From: Paraspadella gotoi | Lineage: Eukaryota > Animalia > Chaetognatha | NCBI GenBank assembly: GCA_051294375.1 | Contig: JBJCIZ010000239.1 | Location: 1,630,581 to 1,694,580, forward strand | Direction of reading: 5' to 3' | DNA: 64,000 bases | Part shown: in pieces, positions 1-17,501 of the stretch | Numbering within the stretch: the first letter of the stretch is position 1 | Layout of the letters: each line of letters starts with the position of its first letter | Translations under genes and position numbers: made by a program | The notes under the pieces: generated by a model | Databases searched by the model: none | What the model saw: the letters and a program-made list of their open reading frames with translations, nothing else | Told to the model about the DNA's origin: nothing

Positions 1-3000
1 GCGCTGCGCCTCGTAAGAGTGAATCGCTTTCACGGCTTTCAGCAATTTGTTGGGCTCCACGTAATCTCCGCCCGCGTCGTCGCCTCCGTTTCTCCTCAAC
101 TCGTTCGCCAACGAAACCATTTCTAAGAAAAGATACATTTCTCAGAAATTGGAAAAGATGGCCAACAAAAGAGCATTTCAATTGTTTTACCCGAAATGAC
201 GGGGTACTTGAGCTTCACTTTCTTGTAAAGAGGATGCTTTTGGTAGTACTCGACTAACTCGCAAAGGCTGTCAAAACATGCCGAGCCGATCAGGACATTC
301 TGTTGCCCCATCGGCCCTAGAAAAGAAGCAAAGGAAGGTAAGCGCAATGAATTAAAAACTAAATGAATTACTAAATCGGCTCCATCACTTACCCCTATCA
401 CTTACCCTCGCCCTCAGTTACGATTCCGCAATGATGAATCCTCCCTTCCGCCCGGAAAGAGACCGCGAATGAGTACTTGGGATTCTCCGAGGGCCTGACG
501 AGGAAGGCCCCGTCCCTCCTCACGTTGCCGAGCCAATCCTCTGCGGTGCGACGCATAAGGTCGCGGTGCCACCAGGGACGGTGGTCGGGCGAGACGCGGC
601 GCGGCACGTACTCGCTCAGGATGATTTCCTCTTGGTTCGGGGTCAATAGCCTTGGATAAAAAGTAAAGGTTAATCCGAATCGAGAATCGGGGTTCGAAAG
701 AACAAAGAGAAAGCAACGCCCACCTGTGAGCCCGATAATAATTGACAAGATCCTGGACGTGATCGAACATGACTCGATCGACGAGGTAATACTTGGTGGC
801 GCCGTCTTCGCCCGTCATCGATTTGACGCGCCCGTGTTGCACGCGACCGTTCCACCAGAACGACAACGTATAGTTGCCCACGAATTCGCCTTTTGGATAA
901 TTAAATAATAAAATAATCTAAATCGATTATATATATCAAGACTTCCAGGTTGCGAAGTTTATTTACAGGAGTGGCGCACGAGAAAGGTTCCGTTTCCGTA
1001 TCCAGGCAACGAACCGTAATGCCTCATCAAATCTTGAGCGTCTCTTCGTCCGTCGGGACCGCGAATGGAATCGTGGAACCAAGGCTCGCGGTAGAGGGCT
1101 TCCGTCTGAAATGAAATTTAACGAATTTACATAATATAAATAATGGAACAAACTTGCGAACAAAAGGAGGAAAGAAACAAAGAAAGAAAGCAAAAGAAAA
1201 ACCTGATCTGCGACGCCGTTGTTGTTGTTGTTATCGGCCTCTTCCTCCTCTTCATCGTCCACATCCTTGAAGCAGAGACCCGAGTTAGTGAGCGCGAACT
1301 CATGCGGATGCCAATGATCGAGCAGGGCCTCGAAGTAATGAAGGGTGCCCGTCTTGAGGTGCTCCGAGTTGCCCGCTTTATCCCCGTACGGGCGGAACAT
1401 CAAGGCCTCGGGATCCTCGGGCAGCTTCTTGTGTTTGATGAGGATTTTGCGACGGAGTTGGTTGGGAGAGGGAAGGCTCGTGGCGCTGTGAAGAAGTTTA
1501 TAAAAGTATTTTTACATTTTTACAAAATACTAAACCATTCAAGGTTTTTGTTTCCCACCTCCGGTCGATGGGTTTGTCGAGGAGCATGTCTCCGAACTGA
1601 TCTTTCATGATAGAGACGATCGTCTTTTGTTGGGCAATATCACAGTGGTTTTCTGCGGATAAATAATATTTACTCGTAATGTATCAAATAGTAAATATAA
1701 TCGGATAAATCCTATATCCCCAGTCTCCATTTTTCTTTTCCCCGTTTGCTCGACGTACCGATAGATAGGATGAGCGGAAAGTCGGTAGTTTCGAAGGCGT
1801 GGCGTTTGATCGTGGCGATGACGGGGGAGAAGCTCAAACGGGTCGTCAACGTGAACCTAGAGACCGGGGAAAAAAGTTAGGATAGGTTTATAGGATTCTC
1901 TCAGGCGTCAAAGAGACTGACCCGTGATAAATGTGAGGTTCTCCGTTGGGTCCGTTCCAGCAATCTAACTCGATACAGCGACAGCCCATGCGAAGCGCGC
2001 GGGCGTAGGCGTCGCAAGACGAGGGACTCCGGATCTGATCGCCTTCAAAAATGGAAAAAAAGGGAAAGGGTTATGAAAGAAAAGGAAAAAAGAAAGAAAA
2101 GGAAAAAAGTAAGAAAAGGCTCATTCTCACCGGTGAGGTAAGTGTTGTGGGAGGAAGCGATCCAGTAGTGGGACAAAGGTTGGTTCATGTCCTGAAGACG
2201 CTCCGACTCTTGCGGGTCCAGGAGGGCATTCGACGGCGAATAGAGAAAATCCACAAATTCTAGAAGGACAAGAGAGAGCATTAATTGGGCCTTACCAAAG
2301 AGGTAGATGATGCGGGGTAAGGCGAGAGAGACCGCAATAAACTTACCCTCCAAGGTGAGGTGGGGATCGGTGTTTCGCGATCCCGCGTCGGCGGCGTGTT
2401 TGAGGATGAGGCTCGTGATGTCGTTGAGCGAACGATATTCTTTTTGATCGCTGGATTGGAGGAGGAAAGAGAAAAAATTTGTTAGTACAGGTTTTATAAT
2501 CCAATGATTAATACATTTTTTTCTATCTTAAAACGACTCAACTGTTCGAAAAAGGTTTTGAGCGAGGATCGAGACAAAACGTACGAACACGGGGATTCGT
2601 CGAAAGAAACTTGAGAAAGATCTTCGCAAATATCCTGTAGCGCGTGGATGAGGGAAATCAAATTATAAATTATTACTAAATAAATTAAGAAGTGAAATAA
2701 AATAAAAAAAAGTCATTTAAGATTCAAACCGAGGAAAAGGAGGGCGAATCGGTGCTCGGTGACGACGACTGCGTCACGTAAGACCAGATCGGAGTCTCGC
2801 TCAAGTAGTGAAGGCGGTTGGGGAGAGATTGATCCGTCGATGTCGTTTGTACTAAGACGGTGGAAGGACATTATATCACGTTTCACGGTTAATAATATAA
2901 TTTGAATATGGCAGTGGACCGTAGAAATCATCCCTTTGAGCGAATGTATTTCTTGGTTCGGACACGAATTATAAAAATCCCATGCGCCTGAATCCTTAGG

Positions 3001-4052
3001 CGTCATGATGGTAATAATGTAAAACTAAGGCCGTTTTTGTTTGACAAATAAAACGAAAGAACCATTTTTCGATTTAAATAATGTTTAACATGCCTGTTAT
3101 AACTATAAAAGAACAATACAAAGATAACCTAAAATATTTCACATGAAATGGATATTAACACATCGGTAAAACTAATTTTCCCGGTAAAATCACAACTACA
3201 ACAGTACCTAGGGCACAGCCGCGAAAGAGCCTCTGGTAGAAGCGATGAAATTGCTCCAGGGAGATCCTGCCCCGCGCCTCTGCGTCGACTGCTGCGAACC
3301 GCTGACGCACCTCGTCCCGCGACGGTTTATAGTTGGCGCGCGGCAGCCAAGACTTGAGATCGCGGGAGGACACGCCGCCGTCGGGACCCTGCATCGACGA
3401 GAACTCTTTGAGCAGCCATCGACGAAGCTGGACCGGGTAGGTCGCGGAGCCCGTGTCTCGAGTCAAAAGGGTGAGGCCTGGCGAGGAGAGGGGAGGATAT
3501 AGGTTTTGTGCGTTTGTGAAAGAATGAGAGAGAGAGATTTTGCCAACCTTCGATCCAGTTCTTGACCTCGTTCTTCTTTTCCCTGGCGTCGGCGGGCACC
3601 AGCGCGAGGGCCTTGAGCACAAACTCGTTCCCGTAGAGGATGGTGAAGGCGGCCTCTTCGGGGAGACTCCGAGTGTCGCTGCTCCACTGACGCAACTCTC
3701 GAGATCCCTTTCCCAATCGGAGTTCTTGAATCTCGCGGATGTCGACGGTGCCGGCGATCTTGTCGCCGCCGTCCACGCGGGACCACACCAGTTGGCGCGA
3801 CTCCAGCAGGACCTTTTTATGGAGGAGAGGGAGGATAGTGGGAGAGGCAAGTCGCGATCAGCATTTCCGAAATGAAACTCTCAAACTCACCCTGAAATGA
3901 AACTTTTCCGGACGCCGTCGCAGGGAATACTTGAGGAAGAAGGAGCCAACGACGAGGTTTTGCAAAAGGCTGGCGGCGACGGGGTCGGACAACGACGTCA
4001 CGCGGCTGCTCGTCCGCGTCACGGGCGCGTGAGAGTTGGAGCGCGATTCCAT
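1..4052 (-). CDS. PLCG1: Phospholipase C gamma, multi-exon, 3' part runs off the window start
   Basis: Spliced exons give PH, EF-hand, X-box ([20 protein letters not shown]|DQ), split PH, N-SH2 (GTFLVRHS|[11 protein letters not shown]), C-SH2 ([11 protein letters not shown]...[17 protein letters not shown]) and start of SH3. GT-AG introns keep frame. Confidence 0.95.
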
Positions 4053-4972
4053 CGTCGGATGTCGTCGTCGGCTACGACGCCGCTAATCAAATGTCGGCGT
4101 CACGAGCGGCGTCGATTGACGCGGCGCCAAGTTGATGGACGACCGTTAGATGTCATTGTCAACCTTAGTTTGTTTTTTTTTGTTGTCTTAAACCAAACGA
4201 GAAAAAAGAAAAAAAAAACCAATCTATTTGCTTTTTAAAAAAACAAAAAAAAAAAAAAAAACCCGCGGTCACTTTCGAAAGGAAAAAATGAGTTTTTTTA
4301 TTTTCAAATTTTTGTTAACAACAATATCACTTTGTTTTATATAGTTATATCAATGAAAGGAACGTACTTTATGTAAAGGAAAACTAAAAAGAAGTGGGAG
4401 GGGGGAAGAGGGGAAGGAGAGGAGGGTACGACAAAAAAAAAAAAAAAAAACAACGAGGGCGCGGACAAAAGGGGAAAAAAGTATCGCGCGCCAGAATAAT
4501 CTAAAGAGTTATTGTTATATAAAAACAACAGAAAGACCGTCGTTTAAAAAAAAAAGGAGCGGGTTGAAATAAAAATGAGTCCGGGAGAATTGAGGTAGCG
4601 TAGAGACTACGTCAAGCGTACATGTGGTTTTTTTTTTTTTTTTTTTAATTTTTAATAACTCGGACGCGAAGATTATAAGTAATGTCAGCCCCTTTGGTTT
4701 TCTATCAGATTTTTAAAAAATACGAGGGAGGGTAAGTTTTGGACTTTGGTTTTTAAAATGAAAAAAGAAAACAAAACTAAACGAAAGGAAACAGAACAGG
4801 AGTCCTACGCGATCAACGAATTCGGAGAAGAAGAAAAAACTGAATTGAAAGAACTAACAATAGGGGGGGAGAAGGGGGGTGGAGGGAGCAGGTGGATGCT
4901 ATGCGACGAGAGTATGGAATTGTAGCACACTTGTGCGCGGAGAAAGAAGGTTAATTAGCGTACGATCGGCGC

Positions 4973-4976
<4 letters not shown>

Positions 4977-5061
<85 letters not shown>
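4977..5061. repeat. (GA)n microsatellite
   Basis: Uninterrupted GA run downstream of the PPM1G stop codon. Confidence 0.95.
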
Positions 5062-5066
<5 letters not shown>

Positions 5067-5221
5067 CAATAAAAAAAAGACTTTCTTGGTCGTCAAGATA
5101 ACGACAGACAATTCTCCCTCTCTCTCTCTCTTTCTCTTTCTTTCTCTCTCTCTCACATCGTCCGAACTTGTGGACTTGTGAGGAGGCGAAAAAAAAGGCA
5201 GGAAAGATAGAGAGGGAGTCT

Positions 5222-8200
5222 TTAAGACTCTTCCTTCTTCTCCTCCTTCTCGTCGTCGATCTTCGCCCGCTTTCCGGAGGGAAGTGGATCGTCGCTCTCC
5301 GCTTGACTCAGTCGCTTTCCGTTAGATGGCGGCAGGGAATCGAATCTGAAATTGCATTATAGCTATTTCAAAAATTTAATATGTAAGATGATTTATTTTT
5401 TAAAATTGCGCAATTTTATTCAGTTTTTCATACCATAGTGGATGCAATTTATTTTAGAACACATACAAATCCCTCCCTCTATCTCTCTCACTTGACGATG
5501 ATGCAGGTCATGTTATCGCAGCCTGTCCCGTCGCCCATGGTGTGCGGGGCCAAGCAGTGATCGAAGAGTTCCTCGCAGATTTGCGAGAGGCTCAACTCTT
5601 TTTCATGATCGATTCTCATTTTGACAAAGTCGACTACTTCTTGGGACGTCAAAGAGTTCCTGTTACCGAAAGATAAGCACAACGTAATACGAATTACTCG
5701 CAATAAAAACTAATAATAGGTTATCGAACTTACCAAATCCCGTCGCAGGCGACCACCATGAACTCGTCCTGGTCGGTGAGGACGACCGACTTGACGTCGG
5801 GTAAGGCGGAGATCATTTGTTCGCGATCCGAAAGTCGAGTCACGTTCTTGTAACTGTGATCGCCCAGGGCCCTGATTTTAAAAGACTACCTTTCAAAATA
5901 CAACTTTGGATATTACAGATGATATAATCTTCGGTTATATTTTATTTAGTTGCATATTAAAAGGACAGACGACGGAGGAGAGAATCGACAGTTTTATCGA
6001 GTCGCAAAATTAGGGAACAAACATTTAACGTTTTGAATAATCGGTTATTCGAAGTTCCCCCCCCCCAAAAAAAAAACAATAAACAAAAAAAAAATATCGC
6101 TTTTCATAATTCTTGAGGGGAAAAAAAATTCAGAAAAAAATAAAAAGGGATAACTGGGATGCGTCGCCGGCGAAATACGCCCAGTCTGTTTCCCTCCGTC
6201 TGGTTTTCGTCCGTCTATTAGTCCGTGACAGTCGCGATCAAAAGGGAGGAGGACGAAAAGACTTTCGGCCTCGTAAAAGAGATCCGTGTTTGTAAACAAT
6301 TCGTTGAGAAAGGAAAAAAAAATGAGGAACTGGAAACGGTTGAGCGGGATGCCGGATGCTTTTTTTAATGCAAAAGTAATGTTTTATTACATTCGCTAAT
6401 CGTAAAGAATAACCAGAAAATCAAACAAATCTGAGGCGGCTCTTATCGACTGCCTCTTTAGTAGAAGCCCCCCATTACCACTCCCCAATCGGATAAAGAG
6501 ACTCGCCTGGAAAGATTTAATCCCCCGTTGACGCGACCGTCTTCGGTGACTTTGCCTCCGGCTTTGATGATTCGTTGCGTCTCCACGTCGTCGGTGGGTT
6601 TGTGGTCGAAAGACATGTCGACGGCCTCACCCGCTCGACTCACCACGCACCTGGGGGATCATGGGTAAGGGAAATGAGTAAGGAAGACCACGAAACTGAA
6701 TTGAATCCATCAAATTAAATCGATAAAATTAAACCAAATAAAAAGGTATTCATATATGTATTTGTAGCAGATTAATTTGTGAATTATTTGAAATGAGATT
6801 AAGTTCCTCAATTGAGTTCAATTAAGTTCCTCAATCTCATTTGCATATTGTCGTATTTGATTAAGCCTTGATACATATTTGTTCTATTACCTTAAAGGTT
6901 TGATATTAATATTTTATATTAGTAAATGATCATGTTTATTTGTGGTTCAATTAATAGCTAAATAATTAATGATTTAATTATCATAATTGCTAGTTTACAA
7001 CTTTAGTTATTCTTGTGATTCCAGCTGACTTTTCTATGTTTAGTAAGATAAATATATTCTCAGGGATTTATACCTTAGTCAGCTAGGATTACAAGGGTCC
7101 ATTTGAACCACTACACCCTTGCTAGCTTAACAATTATGTTTAGCACTCATTAAGATAATAACATGCAATTGCTATCTTTTCATAAGTCTATACTTGAATA
7201 CATTGCAAGCCTAAACTCTCTAGTTCATTAGTCTTACCAAGAAGCCAGTCAAGTTGCCTTCAAACCATTAAGTAAGTCACTAATTAAATATCCACTGAAC
7301 CTAGATTAACCGATGTCATGTATAATCAGAGTAACCATTCTAATACAGATATATAAGGAAGGAACTTTTGAACAGATATAGATATACAGATATACCCCTC
7401 TGTTATATAATTTAATCGATAAATACTCTCCAACGATCAATCAGTTTACGAGATTCGATTCAAACTATCACCTACCAACCAATCGATCATTTCAACAAAC
7501 CTGGAATCCCCGACGTTGGCGACGAAAAGTTCGTTACCCTGAAGGATGGCGACGCAGGCCGTGCACCCGCTGTCGAATCCCGGCTCTTCGCCAGCTGACG
7601 CGAGAGAGAGAGAGAACAAAAAAAAATCATTTAAAAATCCGTCACAGTGGATATCGGTTTCGTTGTGGAAAAAAAAGGATTCGTAAACTCACTGTGTTCT
7701 TGAATATACTCGTAGGCGTCGTCGTCTTCATCGTCGTCTTCATCGTCGTCGTCGTCTTCCTCCTCTTCTTCCTCTTCCTCGTCGCCGTCTTCGCTCTCGT
7801 CGCTTTTGATAAATGAAATTTTGAGTTTTAAAGTTTTCTGAATAATATTTAACATTAATTTAACATTATTTTTAAAACATTAACCTGTCGCGCTCCTCGA
7901 AATCAGCCATCATCTTCTTCTTCAAATCGTCCTCGCTGTCGTCGTCGTCTTCGGAGTCGTCTCCGGGTTTAGCTTCCTAAACGGAAAAAAAGAAAGAATA
8001 AATATTAACAATAATACACAGTTAAAAAGACTAAACTATTACTGCATTAAATGCACCTCCCTCACCGTCGGTTTGACTTGACGCGGCGGCGCCTTCCGTC
8101 TCCTAGCGCCGGTCGACGTTCCGCTCGGGGCCGAATCCGCGGCCGAGGCCTCGGCGCCACTGGCGGAGCCGCCGTCGGTCGTTTCTTCTTCTTCATCGCC

Positions 8201-10183
8201 AGCGCCGTTTTTGGCGCCGGTTCCATCCTCGGCGGCGCCGTTCTGTAATTCCGAGTCTTTTTCGCTCCGTTCCGTCTTCGCTTCCGGCGTTTCCGCCTTC
8301 TCCTCCTTAGCTTCTCGATCCGAGGGATCGCTCGGCCTCGATTCCGCGTCGGCGTCGGTTCCTTCGCTCGCCGTCGGAGGCGCTGGCGTCTCCTCCCCGT
8401 TGCTCAGCGTCTGTTCCCTCTCCTTGTTTTCGTTGTTCTCGTTCTCCGAATGTCCGTTCATCATCTGTTGTTCCAAGTCCATCTTGAGAGGGAGGGGGTC
8501 CAACTGAAAAGGAGAGACGAGAGGTTCCGAGGAGCAGAGTTTAAATGACTTTCGATCCTGGAATTTTCGTTCGAGAAAACGAAGTCTTTGATTTGTATTT
8601 TAGCAGATTAATTTGTGGATTATGTATGACAAAATATAACTCCGCGACATCGACTGGTTCGAAATTAATATGTTAAGTAACAAGTTATGATATTAAAAGA
8701 AGCTCTTGTAATCCTCATTCACGGGATATTAACCGTTATTTCTATAAGATTATGACTCAGAAACTTAGCGATGGGATAAAACTGACTTTGCATCAACGAT
8801 CAACATGCAAATGAGATTATGATTACTACTTACTTGGGCCAATTTAGATTCCGGATGTTCCTTCGTTTTCGACTCTGTCTTGGCCTGAATGGCGGGCGAG
8901 GCTTCGATAGGGACGCGGGGGAGGAGCGGCGTCTTCTTGCCCTTACCGCCCTTGCCGCCTTTGCCGCCCTTGGAGGCGCCTTTGATGCCGAACTCTTCCA
9001 TTTCTTCTTTGGGCTTTTCCTCTTCCTTCTCTTCCTTCGCCCCGTGATTCCCGTTGACTTCCCCGTTGACTTCCCCGTTGACGGGGGATTTTTCAGAGTC
9101 GACGCGGGTTTCCTGAGAAGATTATCACGTGCGACAATAATATACTTACCAATTAGATTCACTTAAATAAATATACGCATCGGAAATATACATAAATATG
9201 AATAAAATCTTGATATTTTTGTCCAACTATCAAGAAATACTACAACCGCAAAGGTTCGGGGAATTTTATGTTTTGGACCCCAAACATTCATTCTCATCAT
9301 GAGCCCCACCCACCCCCGCTCCCCCCCAAATCGACTCACCTCTTCTCCATCATCCGCCGTCGCCTCTTCCTCGTCCTCTTCCCCTTCCTCCCCATCGCCC
9401 CGATCCTTCCTCCTCTTCTCCAGCAGATCGTTGGCCCTCTGTTGGACGTATTTGGCGAGGATTTGCTCCAGCGGCATGGACGCCTCCTGTCGGAGAAGCC
9501 GCGCCTCTTTCTCTTCCTCCGCCTTGTCGTCCTTGATGGCCGCGCCGCCGCCGGCCATTTCTCTGAAGATTTGGTTGGTAAATCAAATGATTTTCTTAAT
9601 TACTTATGATTAAATCATTTTAGAAAAATAAACCGTTGACTTTTTAAAAATTTTTTTCGTGGATAAAACATAAATATTGAAAGGAAAATTTTAAATAATC
9701 CACGTAATCCAAATAAGACAAGATTTTTAGCTATTTAAGTATTTCACTACAATATGCAAATGAGAACGAGACTCACCGCAATTTTCGCAAGATATCCGGG
9801 TCTTTGAGATGCTGATCGAAGGAGAGGAAGGAATCTTCGAGGACTTGGGACAAAGTTTCAGTGGACTTGAGTTTTTTCCGGTCGACCAAGTGCTGTGGGA
9901 AATGCTGGGCAGAGTACTGCGCCACCTCGGCCCCGCCGTGTCCGTCGTAGACGGCGAAGAGGGCTATCTGAGAAAAAGAGAGCAGGAGTTGTACGCATTG
10001 TACAATGTACACTCTACCCATTACGCTTACTTGCAGCTCGTTATGTAGGTTCAAGATGCAGTTGTGCGCGTCCTCCTGGGAGATCCTCCATCCCTGCATG
10101 GAAGAGGATCCAAAGGAGAACCGAGAATCTCCGCCGTCTTCGGAAACCTTTTCCTTCACCGGTTCCGACAAGTAAGCGCCCAT
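5222..10183 (-). CDS. PPM1G: Protein phosphatase 2C gamma (PPM1G-like) with acidic insert, ~12 exons
   Basis: MGAYLSEP start, [24 protein letters not shown], long D/E insert, [15 protein letters not shown]|[20 protein letters not shown]. One GC-AG intron (donor AG|GCGAGT near 6506). Confidence 0.95.
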
Positions 10184-10361
10184 TGCGTTGGTTTTTTTTT
10201 TTTAAGTTTATTAGCTTAGCAACAAGGTTTGATTCTTTAATTATAAAACAATAATACTAAAAATGCGAAGAAAAGAACAATTGGCGTTGGCACGAATGAT
10301 CGAAACGAGTGGAAAAAGTAAAGAAAATATCTCGAAAACAAAAACGACAAACTTCGCCCTT

Positions 10362-10841
10362 TCAACTTGAGCCTCGAGGCGGAACGACCTCCCCCAACCA
10401 CTTGAGATAAGGCGGATTCCCGTTCTCGATCTTGGTAGAGATGACCTCGCAGACGTCGTAGGGATGGTTGTCTTTGACCCAAGCGGCTAACTCCTCGACC
10501 CTCTCAGTTCTCGTCTTGATCATGAGCAGGAGTTCCGAGTCTTTCTCCACTTTGCCCTCCCACTCGTAGACGGAGGTTACGCCGGGGACGATGTTGACGC
10601 AAGCCGCGAGTTTCCGCGTCACGAGACCCGAAGCGAGTTTCTCCGCCGTCGCCATGTCCGGCGCCGTCACGAAGGCGGCCGAGTAGACGCCGGCTATGGG
10701 CGTGGTCGGGGCGGAGGCGTCGGCCATGGAGGAGAGAGAACGCGAAGAGAACGGAAGTGAAAAAAAGCGGATCAACGGCTGGCGAACAAAAGCCAGCGAC
10801 ACCACTAACAATAAAACCAAAGCAAAGTATCTTCCGGTCAT
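10362..10841 (-). CDS. CUTA: CutA homolog, single exon; hydrophobic N-terminal extension, alternative ATG at 10727
   Basis: AFVTAPD...KLAACVNIVPGVTSVYEWEGKVEKDSELLLMIKT...HPYDVCEVI is the CutA1 signature. Confidence 0.93.
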   Translation of the reverse strand: MTGRYFALVLLLVVSLAFVRQPLIRFFSLPFSSRSLSSMADASAPTTPIAGVYSAAFVTAPDMATAEKLASGLVTRKLAACVNIVPGVTSVYEWEGKVEKDSELLLMIKTRTERVEELAAWVKDNHPYDVCEVISTKIENGNPPYLKWLGEVVPPRGSS

Positions 10842-11068
10842 TAGATTATCTTATTAAAATACATTAAACTTTAAATTATAAAAGAGTATATTGATGCACA
10901 AAATGGCAGGAAAATGTTTGGTTTTCGAACGAGTTTTTAACAGACAAATTTAATTCGGAGGAAAAGTATTTAAAAAAGTATCAATGTTAAAAAAATATGA
11001 GAAATGCGAGATGACAACGAAGAACAAAGATAGAGAAGGCAACAATGAAACAGTCTCGAACCCGACAA

Positions 11069-12124
11069 TCAACTTCCCCCCGCGGACTTTAACCCCATCA
11101 ACTCTTGAGTCTCCGCCTCCGTCTCCATCAGTTCCTCGGAGACGTATTCCTTCAACAGCTCCATCTTCTTGCGATGCAGCAACGCCCCCTCGACATCCTT
11201 CTGCGTCGGCACCTCCACGTGAGCTTTGAAAATGGCGGGCAAGAGGCTGCCCATCAGTTTGGCGTTGGCGTCGAGGATGGTGGCCGGTTCGTCCCCGGAG
11301 AGCGTCGCTAGTTTAGTCTCGACCTGCTTACGACGTTTGACGTAGTCCTGAGCCAGCTGAGCGGCAGAGAGCGGCGCGGCAGCTGCGGCGTCGGCGTCTT
11401 CGCCGGCAGCGGCGATTCTTTGCTTCTCTTCCAATTCGAATTGTCTCGCTTGATGATAAAGAAGATCTTCTTCGGCCAAGTCTTCGTTGGGTTCGACGGC
11501 GTCTTTCCCGGCGCCTTTCTCGGCCAATCCGGCGGCCCGCTCCGCCCTCCATTCTTCGGCGGCTCGAGCGCGCGCCAATTTCTCGGCGGCGTCCTCCAGC
11601 GGAGCCAGGATACCGTCGTCCTCGTCCATGTAGCCAAAGTAGTCGGCGTCGACGTCTCGCGCCAACTCGGCTCGGGTCTTTTTGGCCACGGTGGGCGCCT
11701 CGCCTTGAAAGAGTTCTCGAACGCCGGGCAGGTCTTTGGCGGCGCCGAAGTATTTGTAGCCCCGATTCCCCGGGACTTCCTTGCCTTCGTGGGTCAGCAT
11801 TCGCGGGCCGAAGCGGCGGTAGTCCTTTCCGCCGAGTTCTATGATCCTGTGCTCCCAGCGAAGTTTCTCTCGGAGATTTTTGTTGATCTCATCGTTGAGA
11901 TCGCGGATCTTAAATTCCCCCAAACCCGCGTTTTGGATCTGGGAGACCTTCTTGGCGATCTCCTTGATCACCTGGACTCGCCACTTCTCCGCTTTCTTCA
12001 GGTTGGAACAGTCGGAGACGAGGTAGGGCCGCTTCTCGTCGGCGTCCGGACCACGGGCCTCCTTCAGCTGGGCCGCGCGCCATCGGGCCAGGGCCGTCAT
12101 GGCCTTTTCAGAGTTTCGGGCCAT
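11069..12124 (-). CDS. ISY1: Pre-mRNA splicing factor ISY1, intronless
   Basis: MARNSEKAMTALARW, IQNAGLGEFKIRDLNDEINK, GNRGYKYFGAAKDLPGVRELF, DYFGYMDEDDG. Confidence 0.96.
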   Translation of the reverse strand: MARNSEKAMTALARWRAAQLKEARGPDADEKRPYLVSDCSNLKKAEKWRVQVIKEIAKKVSQIQNAGLGEFKIRDLNDEINKNLREKLRWEHRIIELGGKDYRRFGPRMLTHEGKEVPGNRGYKYFGAAKDLPGVRELFQGEAPTVAKKTRAELARDVDADYFGYMDEDDGILAPLEDAAEKLARARAAEEWRAERAAGLAEKGAGKDAVEPNEDLAEEDLLYHQARQFELEEKQRIAAAGEDADAAAAAPLSAAQLAQDYVKRRKQVETKLATLSGDEPATILDANAKLMGSLLPAIFKAHVEVPTQKDVEGALLHRKKMELLKEYVSEELMETEAETQELMGLKSAGGS

Positions 12125-13305
12125 AGCGGCTAAAGGGATTAGAGTAACGAGCAAAGAGAAAAAGTATTTTATTTTCCGTTATCTAGCCAAATCTGAAATG
12201 AAATAATGTTCTTTTTATTCGCTGATACAATAAAAACGTAATTTTTTTTTAATATTTATATAATAGAATCGAGAACTCGGCAATGAACTGGAACATAATC
12301 GTCCATACTTATCTTAAGACCACAAGATATAACAACGCAAATATATGTCAAAAAAATCAATAGAGTAAGAGAATTGATGAACTCGGCCGGCGGAAGGAGA
12401 GAAATATAAAACCACGAGACCGACCGACCGACCGACGAGAGAGACACGAGAAAAAATCAAAAAAACGAAAAAGAAAGAAAAATGGATTCAAAAAAAAGGA
12501 ACCGGGATTGATTCGTTGTTAATTAATTAATTAATTCGTTGTTAATTAATTGATTGGGAGATAAGTTGATTATTTCTTTTTTTTTCATGTCCCACCCACG
12601 TTTTTTAAAGAAAAGTTCGAGATAAAAAAAAATGGGAGCCTCGATAATATTGCAAGGTTATTTTTACTGAAGGTTTCGTTCGAATTATGTTAAATAGTAA
12701 TATAAGTTTTGTTTATACCACGTTTGTCTTATAAAGTTAAGTAAACTAATGTTTTCTTACCCTTTCGACCTTACGACTGATTTTTCCAACGGTCAAATCT
12801 GACGTATAATTATTTGAAATTGCTTCGAGATAAATATATAATATATTGGGGTGAGCTACATTGATAAAAGGGTACGATTTACTAATCTATAGCCTACTGG
12901 AAACACTATCTACGCGCTTATTACAGTATAACTAAAATAAAACACAGACGGACATATTGCTCACTAGGAAATCTGCAATCGCCTCTCTTAGTCGAAAAAA
13001 AAAAACAACAATCGAACCGGCGATGACACTTTCCCACCCAACAAAAAAATACAATCAATTTATCCAGAGCTTGAAAAAAAAAAGCCATGACGAATTTTTC
13101 GGTCCATAACGAATCATAGGAAAAAAATATCATAATAAATATCAAAATATACTCCCATAAAACCGAAGCCATGTACAATATACAATAAAAAAAAAAATTA
13201 GTTGAAAACTCAAAAGTGACGGTGGCACGGAAACAAAACGTAGAAAAAAATAGAAGAAAGCGCAATACATATAAGTTCTATTTTCTTTTTCTAAGTTTTT
13301 TTTTT

Positions 13306-17088
<3,783 letters not shown>

Positions 17089-17501
17089 CAAAAGGGGCGA
17101 AGATGATGGTGGATGGATTGGAGGGTGAAGATTAGGGGGTGGGGAGGGGGAAAAGAAACCGGAAGAGAGAAAGAAAGGGTGAAGACGTGACTAGAGAAGA
17201 GAAAGACGAGGGCGGTTCATTCACGCGACGTTATGTTTGTGTCATTAAAGTCGCGTGATTTCGCGGCGAGTAACATGGGGTAAGTCGAGGCCATGGATGT
17301 CGATTTTCTCATGGGTATTTAATAAAATACGTGGTATTTAAAACAGAAACAGGTGTTTGGAGCCAAACAGCGTTTCGTATTTTGTTTTGTGTGTTTTTTT
17401 TTTTAAGAATGAATTGTTTTAATCGCCTGGAAAAAAACGAGCAATAACTTTATATTTGAAAAAAAAAAAAGACTAAACGACAACAGAAACGCGACGAGAG
17501 T

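Noticed and set aside
8755-8810. Possible intronic C/D box snoRNA in PPM1G (ATGTTGA ... CTGA on minus strand)
   Set aside because: Imperfect C box, very short, and no rRNA target I can recognise.
11420-12133. Long plus-strand ORFs (also 26994-27767, 48032-48751 and many shorter ones)
   Set aside because: Antisense shadows of GC-rich minus-strand exons; no recognisable motifs or splice structure.
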